Below, in pieces: positions 54,099 through 64,000 of a stretch of DNA of 64,000 nucleotides (within the stretch, counting starts at the first letter, position 1; the number at the start of each line of letters is the position of its first letter). The notes under the pieces were generated by a model. The model did no database searches and was not told the origin of the DNA. It saw only the letters and a list, made by a program, of their open reading frames with translations. The translations under genes and the position numbers were made by a program. The DNA lies in assembly GCA_036689505.1 (NCBI GenBank), contig CP144843.1, positions 167,107 to 231,106 on the forward strand. The letters run 5' to 3'. The stretch comes from Candidatus Stammera capleta. GTDB taxonomy: Bacteria; Pseudomonadota; Gammaproteobacteria; Enterobacterales; Enterobacteriaceae.

Positions 54099-54704
54099 AT
54101 GTTAATAAAAAAAAAAGCACCAAATTTTATATCAAAATCTATATCACCTGATAATAAAATAATAAAAAATTTTAATTTAAAAAAAAAAATTAAAAATAAA
54201 AATTGTTTATTATTTTTTTGACCATTAGACTTTACATTCATTTGCCCTACAGAAATATTATCATTAAACTATAGATATAAAGAATTTAAAAAAAAAAATA
54301 CTATTATTTTAGGAATATCAACTGACTCTATTTATACTCATTTAGCATGAAAAAATACTCCTATAGAAAAAGGAGGTATAGGAAATAATATAAAATTTCA
54401 TTTAATTTCTGATTTAAATAAAAAAATTCAAAAATTATATAAAGTAGAATATAAAAATAGTTATGCTTTAAGAGCTACATTTTTAATAGATAAAAAAAGA
54501 ATAATAAAACATATTTCAATAAATGATATACATATAGGAAGAAATATTGATGAAATATTAAGATTAATAGATGCTATAAATTTATATTCTTTAAATAAAG
54601 AATTATGTCCTGCTCAATGAAAAATTAATAAAAACACAATTAAATCAAATAATAAAAGTATATCTAATTATTTAAAAAATAATATTGAAGATTTATATAA
54701 ATAA
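54099..54704 (+). CDS. ahpC: Typical 2-Cys peroxiredoxin (AhpC/TsaA family), 201 aa
   Basis: [16 protein letters not shown] carries the peroxidatic Cys. [11 protein letters not shown] and [13 protein letters not shown] are present, and [13 protein letters not shown]...ELCPAQW carries the resolving Cys. An AAGGA motif sits 8 nt upstream of the ATG. The 201-codon count is consistent. Confidence 0.88.
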
Positions 54705-55033
54705 AATATTAAAATTATAAATAATTAAAATTAAATATATTAAATTAATTTAATATTATTATTTTATTTTTTTATATAAAATTTATAAATAAAATTATAA
54801 TAATAAAATAAAATAAAATAATTAATTTTTATAAATTAAATATTAATTAATAAAATAATAAATAGTATAAAATTAAATAATAAATAATATATAATATATA
54901 ATAAATAATAAATAATAAATGATTTATTATATAAATATATTAATTAATCAAAATACAAAATAATAATTTATAAAATATATTAATAATATTATTAAAAATA
55001 AAATTTAATTTAAAATATAAAAGTTATAATTTA
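54705..55033. other. Roughly 330-bp non-coding spacer of about 1.5% G+C downstream of both ahpC and rpmG
   Basis: I counted about 5 G/C bases by hand. There is no open frame, only short A/T repeats such as AATAAATAATAAATAATAAAT. Confidence 0.75.
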
Positions 55034-55063
55034 TTCTCCTTTCTTTATTTTAAGGAAGGAGAA
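55034..55063 (-). terminator. Hairpin downstream of rpmG (candidate intrinsic terminator)
   Basis: TTCTCCTT (55034-55041) pairs with AAGGAGAA (55056-55063) around a 14-nt loop. It starts about 12 nt after the rpmG stop and is flanked by A/T runs. Confidence 0.45.
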
Positions 55064-55074
55064 AATTTTAAAAG

Positions 55075-55239
55075 TTAAATCTTAATTTCATTATAAATTA
55101 CATGTTTTTTAACTATAGGATCATATTTTTTAATTGATAATTTTTTATTTATATCTTTTTTATTTTTAGTTGTAGTATAAAAATGTTTACTACCTGAGCT
55201 AGAAATAAGTTTAATTTTAATTCTATTATTTTTTGACAT
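55075..55239 (-). CDS. rpmG: 50S ribosomal protein L33
   Basis: [54 protein letters not shown] matches E. coli L33 [55 protein letters not shown]. Confidence 0.93.
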   Translation of the reverse strand: MSKNNRIKIKLISSSGSKHFYTTTKNKKDINKKLSIKKYDPIVKKHVIYNEIKI

Positions 55240-55243
55240 AATA

Positions 55244-55474
55244 TTATTTATTTATTTTATTATTTTTTTTTAAAAAAAAATTAATTCCTTTTTTGTCTAT
55301 TATTCTTATAGCTTTAGATGTAACTTTAAGTTTTATAAACTTTTTCTTATCAGAAATTCAAAAACGATGATTATGTAAATTAGGTAAAAATTTTCTTTTA
55401 GTAGAATTCATAGAATGAGATCTTTTATTACCAAAGATTGGTTTTTTACCAGTTACTATACATACTTTAGACAT
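55244..55474 (-). CDS. rpmB: 50S ribosomal protein L28
   Basis: [39 protein letters not shown](TGA)[25 protein letters not shown] matches L28. The rpmB-rpmG pair is as in E. coli. Confidence 0.93.
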
Positions 55475-55535
55475 AATATTTTAAATACATAAAAAATAAA
55501 TATATTTATTATATTATAATATAAAATAAAATTAT

Positions 55536-58500
55536 TTATATATTATTTTTATTAAAAAATAATATATTTTTAACAAAAAATAAAATATTATAATTATATG
55601 AATGATTTTTAAATATACCATAAACTATTATTATATTATTTATTTCTAAAAATTTATAAAATTTTATAAATAATTCTTTAAACAATATAATCTCTAAATT
55701 ACCAGTACTATCATCAATATTAATAATATATATTTGATTTTTATTTTTAGTATATATAGATTTAATATTGGTAATAATTCCACAAATATTTAATTTCTTA
55801 TTAATTTTAATAAAATTAATATCTCTAATATATAAAATATTATATTTATATTTTATATATTTTATATATTTTTTAATAGGATGATCTGTTAAATATAAAC
55901 CTAAAAAACATTTTTCTTTATATAAAATTAAATCTTTTTTATAATTTTTATTAACTTTTTTATTTAAAAAATCAAAATTAATGAAATAATTAACTTTAAA
56001 TAAACTTAATTGTTTAATATTATTTTTTTTATTTTCAAAATTAGCAATTTTTAAAACATTTTTAATATTTTTATATAAAATATAACGATTAATATTAAAA
56101 ATATCAAAACAACCTGAATAAATCAAACTTTCTAAAGAAGACTTAGAAAGTTTATTACTAATAGAATTTAAAATACAAAAATTTATAAAATTTTTAAATT
56201 TACCATTTTTTTTTCTTATTTTCAAAATACTATCAATAGAACTTTTTCCTATACCTTTAACAGCACCTAAACCATAAATTATATTACTATTTTTATCTAT
56301 TTTAAAATAATAACTACTTTTATTTATATTAGGAGAAATAATTTTAATATTATTATTTTTAGCTTCATTAAGCATAGACATAATTTTATTAATATTATCA
56401 ATATCAGTATTCATTACAGAAACAATTAATTCACATAAAAAATTAGCTTTTAATCATAAAGTTTGATATGCTATAAATGAATAACAAACAGAATGTGATC
56501 TATTAAAACCATAACCTGAATATTTTTCCATTAAAGAAAATATTTTCAAAGATAATTTATGATCTATACCTAATATTTTAGATCCTTTTTTAAAAATTTT
56601 TCTATGAAGAAATACATCTTTTTTTCTTTTATCACTTATAGATCTACGTAAAATATCAGCTAATCCTAAATTATAATTACCCAATACTTTTGCTATTTGC
56701 ATTACTTGTTCTTGATATAAAATTATTCCATAAGTATATTTTAATATAGGTATTAATAATTTATGTTGATATAATTTATTAGGGTAGTATATTTTTTCAT
56801 TACCATTTTTTCTATTTATAAAATTATCAACCATACCAGATTTTAAAGGACCTGGTCTAAATAAAGCTAATAAAGCTACTATATCTTCAAAACAATCTGG
56901 TTTTAATTTTTTTATTAAATCTCTCATACCTTTAGATTCTAATTGAAAAACAGCTATAGTATTAGATTTTTTTAATAAATTAAAACTTAATTTGTCTTTT
57001 AAATATAAATTATTAATATCAATTTTTTTTTTATAATTTTTATAAACTAATTTAACACATTTATCTATTACAGTTAATGTTCTTAATCCTAAAAGATCAA
57101 ATTTAATTAAACCAATATATTCAATATCATATTTATCAAATTGAGTAATTAATTTATTATTTTCAAAATCTTTAAATACTGGACAAAAATCATATACTAA
57201 TGTAGATGATATTATAATACCTCCAGCGTGTTTACCTATACCTTTAACTAATCCTTCTAATTTTATAGAAATATCAAATAATTTTTTAACTTGAATATCT
57301 TTATTATATAATTCGTTTAATTTAGGTTCAGATTGTATAGCTTTATTTAAAGTAATACCTATATTAAATGGTATTAACTTAGCTATATAATCTATAAAAA
57401 TATATGAATAACCTAATACTCTTCCAACATCTCTAATAACAGATTTAGCTGTTAATGTATTAAAAGTCACTATTTGAGCTACAGACTGTTTTCCATATAA
57501 ATCTTCTATATGAGATAAAACTTTATCTCTTTTTTTCACACAGAAATCTATATCAAAATCAGGTATAGACATTCTTTCTAAATTTATAAATCTTTCAAAA
57601 ATTAAATTAAACTTTAAAGGATCAATTTCTGTAATACCTAATAAATAAGCAACTAAAGAACCAGCGCCTGAACCTCTTCCAGGTCCTACAGGAATTTTGT
57701 TTTTTTTAGATCAATTAACAAATTCCATAACTATAAGAAAATAATTTGATAAATTTATTTTTTTAATAATTTCTAATTCTTTATTTAATCTATTTATATA
57801 TTTTTTAAATAATTTTTTACTAATTTTTTTATATAAATTTTTAAAAGTTAACTTTTTAAGATATTCAAAAGATGTTATATTTTTTTTAATATTAAATTTA
57901 GGTAAAATAAATTTTCCTTTTTTTAATATAAAGTTACATCTTTTAGAAATTTGAACACTATTATATATAACTTCTGGAATATCCTTAAAAATATTAATCA
58001 TTTGTAAATCAGTTTTTAAATATTGTTCATTACTATAATTTACATAATTTAAAATTTTTTTAATATTACAGTTATGATATATAGAACAACGTATATTATG
58101 AATATAAAAATCATCTTTATTAATAAATAAAACTTTATTACTAGCAACTAAAAATATATTTAATTCATAAGATAAATTAATTATATAATTAATATAAATA
58201 TTTTCGTTTAAATACGAAATTCTATTAATATGAAAATAAATTCTATCATTTAATATTTTTTTTCAAAATAAAACAATTTTTTTAATTAAATCTATATTTC
58301 TATATATATAATATTTTCCAAAACAACTAAATTTATCAAAAGAAAATAAAAATATTAAACCTTCATGAAACTTTAAAATTAATTTATAATAAATAGAATT
58401 ATAATTTAAATTAAATTTTGATTTATCTTTAATAAAAGATAAAGAAACTAATTTTATTAAATTTTTATAACCTATATTATTCATTACTAATATAGTTAAT

Positions 58501-58748
58501 AAATGAGATTCTTTATAAAAAGAATTTTTATAATGAATATATATATCAACACCTATAATAGGTTTAATACCATAATAATATGATTTATTAATAAATTTAA
58601 TACTAGCAGACAAATTATAAAAATCAGTTAATGCTATAGATGGCATTTCAAATTCTACACATTTTTTTAATAAATCTTCTATTTTACAAATACCATCTTT
58701 TATAGAATAATCACTATGTACATTTAAATGTATAAATTTAGGATCCAT
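55536..58748 (-). CDS. dnaE: DNA polymerase III alpha subunit, 1070 aa
   Basis: Four track ORFs are in one frame. The PHP N-terminus FIHLNVHSDYS, IPDFDIDFC, GKHAGGIIIS, FDLLGLRTL, ALFRPGP, YQEQVMQIA and GYGFNRSHSVCYS are colinear with E. coli DnaE, which is 1160 aa. Confidence 0.93.
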
Positions 58749-58777
58749 TATTAAATTTAATAAATATTATAAATAAA

Positions 58778-59317
58778 TTAATTAAATATATTTTTTTTAT
58801 TGATTATATTAATAATATAATTTGTAATATTATCAATATTTTTATTATTATAATAAAATATATAATTTAAATCAAAAACTAAATCATATTTATTAATATA
58901 AGAAATATTATTTATAATACTAAAAATTTTAAATAAAGTTTTTTTATAAATTAAAATATTTTCTCTATTTAATAAATATTGAATTTTATTTAAATTATTA
59001 AAAATTTTTTTTTTTTTAACAAATAATATATATTTTAAAAATTTAAATTTATTTAAATTAATATAATATTTTTTACTATTTAATATTTTTTCTTTATTAA
59101 TTAATATATTAATATATTTTATATATTTAATATAATATTCTTTAAATTTATTATTTAATTTTAATATATATTTATTATAAGAATAAGTATTATTTAATAT
59201 ATTATTTATATCTAAACAAGCTATATTATTAGAAGCATTAACATTTAATTTATTAAATATTAATAAACTTAAAAATAAAATTAATTTAATAGAATAATTT
59301 AAAATATTTTTTTTCAT
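58778..59317 (-). CDS. skp: Periplasmic chaperone Skp (OmpH)
   Basis: The 179-aa ORF is intact and has an N-terminal signal-like hydrophobic segment. The body is coiled-coil-like and Lys-rich. The C-terminus YDLVFDLNYIFYYNNKNIDNITNYIINIIN matches E. coli [28 protein letters not shown]. It lies immediately after bamA. Confidence 0.75.
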   Translation of the reverse strand: MKKNILNYSIKLILFLSLLIFNKLNVNASNNIACLDINNILNNTYSYNKYILKLNNKFKEYYIKYIKYINILINKEKILNSKKYYINLNKFKFLKYILFVKKKKIFNNLNKIQYLLNRENILIYKKTLFKIFSIINNISYINKYDLVFDLNYIFYYNNKNIDNITNYIINIINKKNIFN

Positions 59318-59322
59318 ATTTT

Positions 59323-61722
59323 TTATTTATTACTTAAATAAAAATTTAACATATTTATTTTATTAAGTATATTATAATTTATAGGTAAACTAAACACTAA
59401 ATTTAAATATCCTAAAGGAGTAAATATCTTAATATGAAATCCATAAGTTGATTTAAATATTTTTTTTAAATTTATATAATTTAATTTAAAATTATTAAAT
59501 AATTTATTACTTAAATTATTATTATTTGAAATAAAACCTGTATCTATAAAAAATATAAATTTAATATAATTTTTATAAAAATTATATTTATTTAAAAATA
59601 AATTATTAATAATAAATTCATTATTAAAATAAAAAATATAATTTTTTCCTGAATATCATTCATATAAACAATAATTATTAATTTTTAAACAATTTAAAAA
59701 TTTAGAATTAATAAATATTAAATTATTAAATAAATTTTTATAATTTAATCCTCTAAAAATATTTTCATTTAAATTACTAAAATTTTCATAAATTGGAAAA
59801 TTTTTATTATTTAATGTATTAGAATAACCATAAAACATATTTATAAATCATATAATAGAACTATTTTTAGTTATAGATATATATTTTTTAAATATAACAT
59901 AAAATTTATAAAATTTATCATTAGATCATGGTAAACTAATTTTATTATTTAAATAAAAATAATATCCATTTTTAGGATTATATATATTATCTATATTATT
60001 AATTATAAAAATATTTTTTAATAAAATATTATTATATTTATAATTATTTTTTATATTATTTAATTTTATAATATTATTAAAAATAAAATTTAAATTATCT
60101 ATAGATAATAGATCTTTACTAAAATTATATATTCTATTATTTATATATTTAATATATAAATTATAATTTATTATACTATTTAAATTTTTTATTATACCTA
60201 TATTTAAACCATATAAATTATTTAAATATTTATGATTATTAGATAATAAATTATTAATTTTATTAGTATAAAAAAATTTATAATTAAAATATATATTTTT
60301 AAAAAATATATTTATAAAATTAAAACTACTAAAATTCATATAATCATTATTAACAAAATTTAAATTAAATTCATCACCTATATTAAATAAATTTTGTTTA
60401 GTAAAAATAAATCTATAATTTAAATATTTTTTTTTACTTAGATTAATATTAAAATTAAATAAACCATTTTTTTTATATTTTATATTATATAAAATATTTA
60501 AATTATTTTTTAAAATATTGTTATATTTTAATTTTAAATTAATATTTTCAAAATTATTATTATTTAATAAATTGTATAAAATTTTATTTAATAAATATTT
60601 ATTATAAACAAATCCCTTTATTTTATACAAATTAAATAATAAAAAATTATATTTATTATTATAATTTACATTAAAAATAATATTTTTTATTACATAAATA
60701 TTATTTAATTTAAAATATAAAAAAAATATAATTTTTTTATTAAAAATTTTTTTATATTTAATATTTAATAATAAATTTAAATAACCTCTTTTTTTAAAAT
60801 AAAAGTCTATTTTATTTATAAAAGATTTAAATTTATTATAATTAAAATATTCATTAACTAATAAATTATTAAATTTAAATTTATAAAAAATATTGTTATT
60901 ATTAAATTTTAATATATTACTATATAATAATATGTTATCTATTTTATATCTATCACCTTCATTAACATATATATTAATATGTAATATATTATTACAAAAA
61001 ATACTTTTTTTAATTTTAATTACATTAAAATCTAAAAATCCATAATTAAAATAAAATCTTTTTATATTATTTAAATAAAAATCTAATATATTTTTATTTA
61101 AAAATATATTATTAATATTATAATTATTTAAATTTAATAATAATAAAAATTTTTTTTTATTTAAAAAATTATTACCGTATATATTTATATTAATATTATT
61201 AAATGAATTATTATAAATATTTAATTTTAATATTACTAACTTATTATTTAAATTAATAATATTAAAATTAATATTTATATTATATAAACCTATATTTTTA
61301 TACTTTAATAATATAAAATTTTTAAATTTTAATAAATTATTTTTATAAAGATAATATTTATTTTTAATATTAAATTTATTTAAAATTTTTAAAAAATAAT
61401 ATTTACTTAAAATTAAATTATTATTATAATTTAATACAATATTATTAATAATAAATTTATTATATAATAATAAATACAATTTATTTTTTATCTTAAAATA
61501 TTTTATTTTATAAAAAAAATTAGTTTTTCATAAAAAATTTATTATATTCTTATTATTTATAAACAATAAATTATTATTAAATTTTTTATATAAAATATTA
61601 TAAAAAAAATTATTATTATTAGAAAATATAAATATATTATTAAATTTTAAATTATTACAAAAACTATAATTAAAATTTAATATAAATAAAAGTAATATTA
61701 TAAACCTATTAAAATTAAACAT
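59323..61722 (-). CDS. bamA: Outer-membrane protein assembly factor BamA, 799 aa
   Basis: Three track ORFs are in one frame. A signal peptide is present (MFNFNRFIILLLFILNFNYSFC). I read every codon from 59656 down to TAA at 59323-59325. The C-terminal barrel strands GFHIKIFTPLGYLNLVFSLPIN...MLNFYLSNK align with E. coli [21 protein letters not shown]...QFQFNIGKTW. The rest is strongly Asn/Ile/Lys/Phe/Tyr-biased. Synteny with skp supports the call. Confidence 0.8.
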
Positions 61723-61861
61723 AAAATTAAATATATTAATTTATAATTTTAAATTATATTATGATTAATTATATATTATATAATATAAAATTATAAAATT
61801 AATAAATATATAAATTATTTTAATATATTAAATTTATAAAATTTAATAAAATATAAATTTA

Positions 61862-62422
61862 CTATAATAATATATTATTCTTTTTATCAATAAATAATAC
61901 ATCTAACATTTTAATATATTTATTTGTAATAAATTGTAATTTATTATTTAATATTAAACTTTCATCTTTACTAAATATTTTATTATTTAATAAAATTTTT
62001 ATATTATTTTTAAAAAATTTACGTTTATTTCTAATTGAAATTTTAAAAAATTCTAAATCTTTTTTTAATAAATTTAAAATTTTTATTTTATACTGTTCAG
62101 TTACAATAGGTAAATTAACAATTATATCATTTTTATCAATATTTGTAGTTAAATTTAAATCAGAAGTTTCAATTGCTCTTCTAACTTTATTTTTTATATT
62201 TTTATCAAATAATGAAATTTTAAAACAATTATTCTTAATACAAATACTAGATAATTTATATAATTTTGTACTATAACCATAATAATCAATATATAAATTA
62301 GAAATAATATTTATATTATTAAAATCTAAATTATATTTAGATAAATTTTTTTTAAATGATATAATACATTTATTCATTTCAAAATCAATATAATCTTCGT
62401 TAATTTCTTTTTTATATAACAT
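61862..62422 (-). CDS. frr: Ribosome recycling factor
   Basis: The 186-aa ORF is intact. The length and pattern fit (N-terminal KKNLSK...; IIVNLPIVTEQYKIKILNLLKK matches E. coli [28 protein letters not shown] matches AVRNVRR; KDE...). The position upstream of bamA is syntenic. Confidence 0.85.
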   Translation of the reverse strand: MLYKKEINEDYIDFEMNKCIISFKKNLSKYNLDFNNINIISNLYIDYYGYSTKLYKLSSICIKNNCFKISLFDKNIKNKVRRAIETSDLNLTTNIDKNDIIVNLPIVTEQYKIKILNLLKKDLEFFKISIRNKRKFFKNNIKILLNNKIFSKDESLILNNKLQFITNKYIKMLDVLFIDKKNNILL

Positions 62423-62543
62423 AATATCTCATTAATATTAATATAATATTTAATATTATAATTAATATTAAATACAAAAAATATAAAAATTTAAATAAAA
62501 TAAATAAAATTAAAATTAAGTTAATATAATATATATTTTTAAA

Positions 62544-64000
62544 TTAATCTTCTAAAAAACTACGTAAAATTTCTGATCTACTAGGATGACGTAATTTTCT
62601 TAAAGCTTTTGCTTCTATCTGTCTAATACGTTCTCTAGTAACATCAAATTGTTTACCTACTTCTTCTAAAGTATGATCACTATTCATATCAATTCCAAAA
62701 CGCATTCTTAAAACTTGAGCTTCTCTAGGAGTTAAACTAGATAAAATATTATTTGTAACAGATTTTAAACTTTCAGTAGTAGCAGAATCTAAAGGTAACT
62801 CTAAAGACGTATCTTCTATAAAATCACCTAAATGTAAATCTTCATCTTCTCCTATAGGAGTTTCCATAGAAATAGGTTCTTTAGAAATTTTTAAAATTTT
62901 TCTAATTTTATCTTCAGAAATTAACATTTTATTAGATAATTCTTCAGGTGTAGGTTCTCTACCAATTTCTTGTAAAATTTGTCTAGAAATTCTATTTAAT
63001 TTATTTATAGTTTCTATCATATGAACAGGTATTCTAATGGTTCTAGCTTGATCAGCTATAGATCTAGTTATAGCTTGACGTATTCATCAAGTAGCATATG
63101 TAGAAAATTTATATCCTCTTCTATATTCAAATTTATCAACAGCTTTCATTAAACCTATATTACCTTCTTGAATTAAATCTAAAAATTGTAAACCTCTATT
63201 TGTATATTTTTTAGCTATAGAAATTACCAATCTTAAATTAGCTTCTACCATTTCTTTTTTAGCATTTTTAGCTATAATTTCATTATTTAATATATTAATA
63301 TTAATTTTTTTAAACTTTAAAATATTTAAACCTATTTTATTTTCTATATTAATTAAATTATTTATTTCTTTTAATATTTTATTTTTTATTTTAAATATAT
63401 TTAAAGATCAAAATTTATTCATATTAATAGCTTTATTAATTCAAATTATATTAGAACTATATTTATTAAATAAAGTAATAAAAATATTTTTTGGCATTAA
63501 ACTTTTTTCAACACATAAATACATTATTTTTTTTTCAATTAAATTAATTTTATTAAAAATATTTTTAATTTTTAATAATAAATTATCTAATTGATTAGGA
63601 ACTAATTTAAAAGTCATAAAAATATTTATTAATTTATTTAATTCGCATTTAGAATAAGGATGATTAATTGTATATTTTTTTATAAATTTTAATAAATTAT
63701 TATATTGATAACTTAAACATTTAATTTTTTTTTTTATTATTATTTTAAAATTTTTAAAATTACAATTATTATTATAATTATCTATATATTTTATTTTATA
63801 AAAATCATTATATTTATTGTCAAATATAAAATTACAATTAAATTTATAATCTACAAAACCAATTATTAAATCAGATAATTTAATTACATTAAGTTTAACC
63901 AAACTATATTGATCTAAAAAATATTTAATAGATTTAAAATATTTTGCCAAATTAAATTGAATTTTATTTATATTAAACTCAATTTTTTTAGCTATTTTAA
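62544..64000 (-). CDS. rpoD: RNA polymerase sigma-70 factor RpoD, C-terminal about 485 codons (5' end right of the window)
   Basis: Regions 3-4 are almost identical to E. coli: [96 protein letters not shown]. The track ORFs ending at 63020 and 63950 share a frame. Region 2 (YIRWAIT-like sequence around 63080-63200) lies between them, across TGA codons. Confidence 0.93.

Overview
This window is extremely AT-rich: by eye about 10-15% G+C overall, and about 2-3% in the spacers. It is gene-dense and looks like core chromosome from a drastically reduced gammaproteobacterial genome of the insect-endosymbiont type. Gene order follows Enterobacterales: thrS-infC-rpmI-rplT-pheS-pheT, pgk-fbaA, lepA-lepB-rnc-era, secE-nusG-rplKAJL-rpoBC, miaB-ybeZ-ybeY next to tRNA Leu/Gln/Met, and frr..bamA-skp..dnaE. 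I cannot name the organism from sequence alone.

The supplied ORF track uses the standard code and fragments almost every gene. TGA sits in frame at universally conserved Trp positions, and every gene ends in TAA or TAG, so the genome reads UGA as Trp (code 4). After re-joining the fragments I call 55 protein genes, two of them partial at the window edges, plus 4 tRNAs. All are housekeeping genes: translation, transcription, replication/repair, glycolysis and a few envelope genes.

I see no CRISPR array, IS element, prophage, toxin-antitoxin pair, defence island or secretion system. I do not think a novel multi-gene system is present here.

The most notable observations are:
- Two essential genes, rpsB and pheT, are each broken by one extra A inside a long poly(A) tract. 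Many equally long tracts elsewhere stay in frame, which points to rescue by transcriptional slippage or ribosome sliding.
- Several proteins have lost domains: ThrRS lacks its editing/TGS domains, LigA lacks BRCT, and YbeZ is shortened.
- A 253-codon orphan ORF is intact but has no recognisable family.
- A 674-codon polytopic membrane protein is intact and may belong to the FUSC/YccS family.
- A 720-bp spacer of about 3% G+C carrying (AT)15 sits in an otherwise tightly packed region.
- The lpx/fabZ and dxr-uppS-cdsA-rseP blocks have been deleted cleanly around bamA-skp.
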